Shown one piece after another: positions 60,701 to 64,000 of a DNA stretch of 64,000 nt. Where the stretch lies: positions 310,001-374,000 of the forward strand of contig JAQGDQ010000195.1 of the NCBI GenBank assembly GCA_030141605.1, in the 5' to 3' direction. The translations under genes and the position numbers were made by a program. The stretch's first letter is position 1, and each line of letters opens with the position of its first letter. A model generated the notes under the pieces. The model searched no databases. It had not been told where the DNA came from and worked only from the letters and a program-made list of their open reading frames with translations. Source of the DNA: Tubiluchus corallicola. Its lineage: Eukaryota > Animalia > Priapulida.

Positions 60701-62539
60701 TTACTCTTAGGCTTTTGAAAGACTTAAGCAATTAGAAAAGAAAATTATTAATCATTTAAAATATTCGCACCACCTGGTAAAACAGTTCTGCATCGCCATC
60801 TTAGCGTACACCACTGATTCACCAAAAAACACATTATTGATCTTTCTGACAGGACAAAGTTATTTAAGCTTTTGCTCAGTTAGTGAAGAGTGTGCCATGA
60901 ATGCGCTACGAATGCTGTGATTATTTTTTCAAACTTTATGCGATGTTATCTAAACTTGTTTCAAACAACTTGGCATCAAAATGGCTGCATCTAATGGTCA
61001 ACGTGGGAGTTTAAAATTACGTTTTATACAGCATTGCTGCCAAGGCAAGCTCTGCGCACAATAAGACAGCATGTAGGTGGTAAAAAATTTCAAGATGAAT
61101 TTTTTGAGCTTTATTTAGAAAGAGTGTTTTCTTGTGCTTTATCTCGACAAAAACACAGGCTTCCTAAGCCGACACTTGTAGCATCTACTCCACTTTATAT
61201 TAAATCAATACAAAAAAAGTAAGAATCTGACTCAAGTCCTAGTCTACTAACAGCCAGTTTTCCGCAAAACTCTCTTTCTTTTTAAAGGAAAACCAGACAA
61301 TTGTGTAAACACGAGTTCAGAATAAAGAATGCTCTAAAATATTGAAAACTACAATTGGTTTTTTTAACTCAAAGCTTAGATTAAATAATAATTACCTCGG
61401 ATACTGAAATTTTGTTAAACTTTCAAAGCTACGCGGCTCAGTGAATCTACTAAAATTGTCACATTCACGTGGCCGACAAATAGAAGGCGTTACCATGATA
61501 AGCAAGATCATGAACTGCAGTGTTAGTTTCTGACGTCATATGATGTAGAGCCCATTTTTCGTGACATCATACGTTTAAACAGTACTGTAACACTTACGCA
61601 AATGTGCTTGATGCGCAAGGGAAGACGCCTGTCATTGCACAAACTGTGGTTAGTTTCTGACGTAAGCAATAGGTGTGTTCGGTTGCCGTTAATTAACTTT
61701 CTAACCTAATTAGTCGAATATAAGAAACAACTGCTAACTTTTATAGGCAAGAAAATGTATATTTTGCACAGTAAGTTAAAAAGAGATAGCATCTAAACAA
61801 TCATCTGGTTTTCCTTTAAAATTTGTTGATGGCTGGGACCAAATACCCTTTTAAGGAGTGAGAAAGGGTATCTGTTGTTCAAAGAAATGTCTTGTCTAGT
61901 TTGCTTTAAAATAATAGACGCATAAAGCATTTGTTGTAAATTTTAACAAAAGTGACACCAAATTTTTGCGGCATTTATTTTTTTTATTTTTGTTTTAAAA
62001 CTTCCGTAAAAATCTAACGAAATGACCTAAATCTTTTTATGTTTATACATAAACAAATGTAATATGAGTGTTCAGTTGCCGCTAATTAACTTTCTAAGCT
62101 AATTATTCAATTATGAGACACAACTGCTAACTTTTATAGGCAAGAAAATGTATATTTTGGACAGAAAATTAAGTAGTTCATTAACAATTGATAACCACAA
62201 TTTCACCTCTTCAGAATAAACAGTTTGGCAAAGAATGAAAAGTAAACAAGAGTGTAACTTTCATTCAATTTTTAAAAAAGTGTAAATAGTAAAAATAGCA
62301 TCATTTTCATCACATACTTGTCAATGCTGTTGAACGTGTACATTGATCCAGTCTTGGTCTCTATCTCGAAATCAAAACTACGGGTGCTGCCACCACTTCG
62401 AGCAAAATTCACGTACGACACCTCGTCAAAGCGGACGTGAACCGGCGGTTTATGCACGTAGATGAATCCACGTTCCAGTGGATACAGGAGTCCAGCTGCT
62501 GCCTTGTACGAACACGACACGGCGTGGGAACCGGTGTGG
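50128..62539 (-). CDS. SSRP1: FACT complex subunit SSRP1, last 8 coding exons; complement(join(50128..50208,51886..52033,54058..54170,55148..55339,57329..57513,58620..58764,60358..60430,62318..62539)); 5' exons beyond the window
   Basis: Spliced translation: [32 protein letters not shown]...[11 protein letters not shown] (middle PH domain), [21 protein letters not shown], acidic [12 protein letters not shown] region, HMG box [45 protein letters not shown]...[15 protein letters not shown], ending SGEESD*. All phases compatible. Minus-strand AATAAA at 49741-49746. Confidence 0.95.
50407..50861. mobile_element. pogo/Tc2-type MITE
   Basis: TA|CCGTATTTTCCCGTGTATAAGAGACCC ... GGGTCTCTTATACACGGGAAAATACGG|TA: perfect 27-bp TIR, TA TSD. 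Confidence 0.92.
51886..52033 (-). CDS. SSRP1: SSRP1 exon (KPKKPKSSP...[21 protein letters not shown])
   Basis: ctgcttag acceptor, gtttgt donor; KSKE(Y/F)(I/V)SS motif. Confidence 0.88.
52095..52712 (+). mobile_element. Dispersed repeat family I (second copy at ~55488-55975 plus 56393-56436)
   Basis: Shared blocks such as ttattcacacatcctgaatctccatttcatgaggatcatttt; termini not resolved. Confidence 0.65.
52740..53232 (-). mobile_element. hAT MITE family H (inverted copy)
   Basis: Reverse complement of 33760-34216. Confidence 0.8.
53362..53868. mobile_element. Harbinger-like MITE with internal TTCACACT/TTCAGACT repeats
   Basis: gcacgttcacact ... agtatgaatgcacc degenerate termini; internally duplicated ~200-bp block. 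Confidence 0.5.
54058..54170 (-). CDS. SSRP1: SSRP1 exon (HMG box, C-terminal part: [21 protein letters not shown])
   Basis: ttttctag acceptor, gtatga donor. Confidence 0.92.
54466..55035 (+). mobile_element. Dispersed repeat family J with an internal ~32-bp tandem repeat (54466-54645); homologs at 56920-57245 and, inverted, ~18300-18400
   Basis: Shared blocks ggctctttagaaagagcaagaacaggg and gagttaattagatgttctatttttggcaa. Confidence 0.65.
55148..55339 (-). CDS. SSRP1: SSRP1 exon (HMG box, N-terminal part)
   Basis: tttttgtag acceptor, gtgagt donor; [16 protein letters not shown]. Confidence 0.94.
57329..57513 (-). CDS. SSRP1: SSRP1 exon (acidic then basic: DEDFDP...VAEEYDSN...KPKKAKTV)
   Basis: tttttgtacag acceptor, gtaggt donor. 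Confidence 0.9.
57608..58230. repeat. (GTT/GCT)n tract plus a ~400-bp segment duplicated at 62695-63285
   Basis: Near-identical sequence from acatttatttttgaaagctatc to cttctagctagagatg. Confidence 0.93.
58620..58764 (-). CDS. SSRP1: SSRP1 exon ([31 protein letters not shown]...)
   Basis: gtttcag acceptor, gtaagt donor. Confidence 0.92.
58778..59444 (+). mobile_element. hAT MITE family C copy (right end truncated)
   Basis: Collinear with 10583-11266 (compare ORF-track pairs 10442/58786 and 10814/59050). Confidence 0.87.
59628..60230. repeat. 24-bp minisatellite (GGCTTGCAGTGTGGAGTGGATCTC), ~25 copies
   Basis: Direct inspection. Confidence 0.95.
60358..60430 (-). CDS. SSRP1: SSRP1 exon ([24 protein letters not shown])
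   Basis: tttcag acceptor, gtatgt donor. Confidence 0.92.
60640..61138 (+). mobile_element. Diverged partial Kolobok-like family B relative
   Basis: Right end ...agagtgttttcttgtgcttt and internal blocks shared with 15534-16207. Confidence 0.6.
61286..61815 (+). mobile_element. Kolobok-like MITE related to family D
   Basis: TTAA|AGGAAAACCAGA ... TCTGGTTTTCCT|TTAA, perfect 12-bp TIR. Confidence 0.85.
62318..62539 (-). CDS. SSRP1: SSRP1 exon (middle domain, [17 protein letters not shown])
   Basis: cag acceptor, gtatgt donor. Confidence 0.94.
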
Positions 62540-62694
62540 CTGTAAAAAGACAACAGTCAGTCGAGATTAACTTAAGGCAGTTGCTAAATGGCAGTCGAGT
62601 AAAAATTGTACAAAACTCAGCTAGAATCACTCATGGTTTATTTTACATCATTTTTAAACAAAACTGCAGAACTTATAAAGCCTACAAGATTTCT

Positions 62695-62695
62695 G

Positions 62696-62726
<31 letters not shown>

Positions 62727-62833
62727 TGTTGTTGTTGTTGTTGTTGTTGTTGTTATTCTTATTGTTGTTGTTATTATTGTTATTGTTGTTGTTGCTGCTG
62801 CTGCTGTTGTTGTTGTTGTTGTTGTTCCTGTTG

Positions 62834-62864
<31 letters not shown>

Positions 62865-63285
62865 TGTTGTTGTTATGGTTACATTTATTTATTTTTGAAA
62901 GCTATCATAGGTTACAGTTTCTTTGAAGTAGGCTAAAATTTTGCCAGAAGATACCATGGATTCCTAACACAACCTTCAACTACATCTATTAAATGAATCA
63001 AGTCTGTTACGTTGATCTGCTCTATATAACGCTACTTGTTACGGTTTCTGACATTCTAAAATATGAATGGATCTACCTCATGATTACCCCATGACGCGTA
63101 TTCTAAATTTTCATGAAAACCGGATCTACGACAATGGTAAACACCTCCAGAGATTTTCTTGTTGACATGTTTAACTTTGTGAGAAATGAGCAAAAAGTAC
63201 AAACTCGATGCAAGCGCATTAGAGCTTCAATTCTAGTTTATTGTAACGGTGTGTAGAAAGCTATGCAATCTTCTAGCTAGAGATG
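62695..63285. repeat. (GTT/GCT)n tract plus the second copy of the ~400-bp duplicated segment
   Basis: Matches 57608-58230. Confidence 0.93.
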
Positions 63286-63805
63286 GGTTATCGTCGTTAC
63301 GTCTGTTACGTCTGTTATAAGTCTGTTACGTTGATCTGCTCTATATAATGCTACTTGTTAGGGTTTCTGACATTCTAAAATATGAATGGAGTTTCATACT
63401 CACTTACTACTCGTCTTATTTTACATCATTTTTAAACAAAACTGCAGAATTTATAAAAGCTTACACGATTTCTTTATACAGCACTTATAACAACGCCCAT
63501 TCATATAAACACGAGAATCAACTTTCACTTATTAGCGCGCTGCCGCATTGGACAAAAGAATATCTGGTCAGCCTCTCCTCCTAGCAAGTTCCAAGTTTCA
63601 ATCACACTCATATCGGGATTTTTCCCAGATATAATTAAACCTACTCAACCTTCCGGTCGTGCATTGGGAAAGGCATGTGATAATTGGCTAGCCACCTGTC
63701 TTCCAAGAGTGCCAAAGCTCCATAAATGGATGCCATGATCATGAATGTCCCACTAGGGAAATGAGATCTTTCTTCTTCCCATTAACAAGCGACCAAGGTG
63801 AGCAG

Positions 63806-64000
63806 GCCATTACTTCTGATAGTCCTTTCAACTGTAGCTATTACTTCTGATAGTCCTTTCAACTGTAGCCATTACTTCTGATAGTCCTTTCAACTGTAGC
63901 CATTACTTCTGATAGTCCTTTCAACTGTAGTCATTAGTTCTGATAGTCCTTTCAACTGTAGTCATTAGTTCTGATAGTCCTTTCAACTGTAGCCATTACT
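63806..64000. repeat. 31-bp minisatellite (GCCATTACTTCTGATAGTCCTTTCAACTGTA) running off the window end
   Basis: Period 31, six or more copies. Confidence 0.95.

Overview
AT-rich, repeat-dense genomic DNA from an animal (probably an invertebrate; the taxon cannot be fixed from this window), with spliceosomal GT-AG introns. It holds three protein-coding genes. (1) The last coding exon of CAD (ATCase C-terminus; +, 977-1330). (2) A complete 10-coding-exon atypical soluble guanylyl cyclase of the Gyc88E/beta-3 type (+, 12638-46857, 1013 aa by my exon assembly), with an O2-sensor-type H-NOX domain (His104, YxSxR, distal Tyr143), a full catalytic residue set and a ~400-aa tail ending in a CaaL prenylation motif. 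(3) The last 8 coding exons of SSRP1/FACT80 (-, 62539-50128), convergent with the cyclase; its 5' part lies beyond the window. Introns and intergenic DNA contain non-autonomous DNA transposons recognisable from TIRs and TSDs (hAT, Kolobok-like, PIF/Harbinger, Tc1/mariner, pogo/Tc2), decayed LINE fragments, a probable solo LTR, and many micro- and minisatellites. Almost all ORFs in the supplied track are repeat artefacts. I found no CRISPR array, rRNA or intact tRNA, and no clearly new multi-gene system. The most interesting leads are the O2-type prenylated cyclase, a ~1.1-kb fold-back element filling one cyclase intron, inverted MITEs bracketing exons 2-3, TE-supplied splicing and poly(A) signals, a minisatellite made of nuclear-receptor sites, and a pentanucleotide array whose unit changes by single-base steps.
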